This document shows, in pieces, positions 63,641 to 64,000 of a stretch of DNA of 64,000 bases (position 1 is the stretch's first letter; the number at the start of each line of letters is the position of its first letter). The DNA comes from Cyanophora paradoxa CCMP329 (lineage: Eukaryota > Plantae > Glaucophyta), in NCBI GenBank assembly GCA_004431415.1, contig QPMI01000091.1, forward strand, positions 22,872-86,871, read 5' to 3'. The notes below the pieces were generated by a model. The model was given only the letters and a program-made list of their open reading frames with translations, had not been told where the DNA came from and did no database searches. The translations under genes were made by a program, and so were the position numbers.

Positions 63641-64000
63641 CGCACGAGGCGTGGCGAGCCACGCACGGACGGAGCTCAGCCGCAAGCCGCGCAGGCGACG
63701 CAGGTCGAATGACGCTGCGGAGAGTGTAAGCACTATATATATATACAGTGCAAGCGCATATACACTACACAGGTCAAATGACGCTGTGGAACAGCGACGC
63801 GCTACATATACAGAGCGCTAGCGGGGCCGGACTCACTCGGTAGCTTCGCAATGAGCTTCTTGAGCTTCTTTTTGGTCCTGCTGCCACCAGGCGGAGGCCG
63901 CTCCATCCGGACCTGGAGAATGGCTCAGCAGCGAGCGCTTGGCCCAGCATTCGAGGCGCGCGCACGGTCAGGCGTCCAAGCAGTTGTCCTTGCACTTGGA

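Overview
GC-rich, intron-dense eukaryotic nuclear DNA. Two plastid-type presequences with an N-terminal Phe and no signal peptide suggest a glaucophyte such as Cyanophora (inference only). The window holds about 17 spliced host genes, including INTS7, cytosolic GluRS, MED20, a YacP-like NYN nuclease, ATG5, WDR5, a TOPBP1-like BRCT protein, SEH1, HINT, FAB1/PIKfyve, a BRF-type TFIIB homologue, a neutral sphingomyelinase-like enzyme and a RAD5/HLTF-like ATPase. The main feature is a complete AT-rich endogenous Polinton-like virus at 35895-49555. It has a 6-bp target-site duplication (TCCACG), AG...CT ends and 404-bp terminal inverted repeats (TIRs), and is about 11.8 kb once a nested 1.86-kb insertion in the right TIR is removed. 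It encodes an rve integrase, penton, double-jelly-roll major capsid, an A32 packaging ATPase and small ORFs. It also encodes one ~1360-aa replication polyprotein (putative terminal protein, OTU-like protease, divergent PolB, SF1 helicase, HNH) whose stop overlaps the integrase start (TAATG). Non-coding features of the virus include modular TIRs with 34-bp lox-like palindromes, an AAAATTTGA-based motif upstream of three non-structural genes, a 59-nt tRNA-like cloverleaf and two 12-bp tandem arrays. Single-base frameshifts occur in both viral and host genes and are probably assembly errors. Host gene coordinates are gene spans, not exon models.
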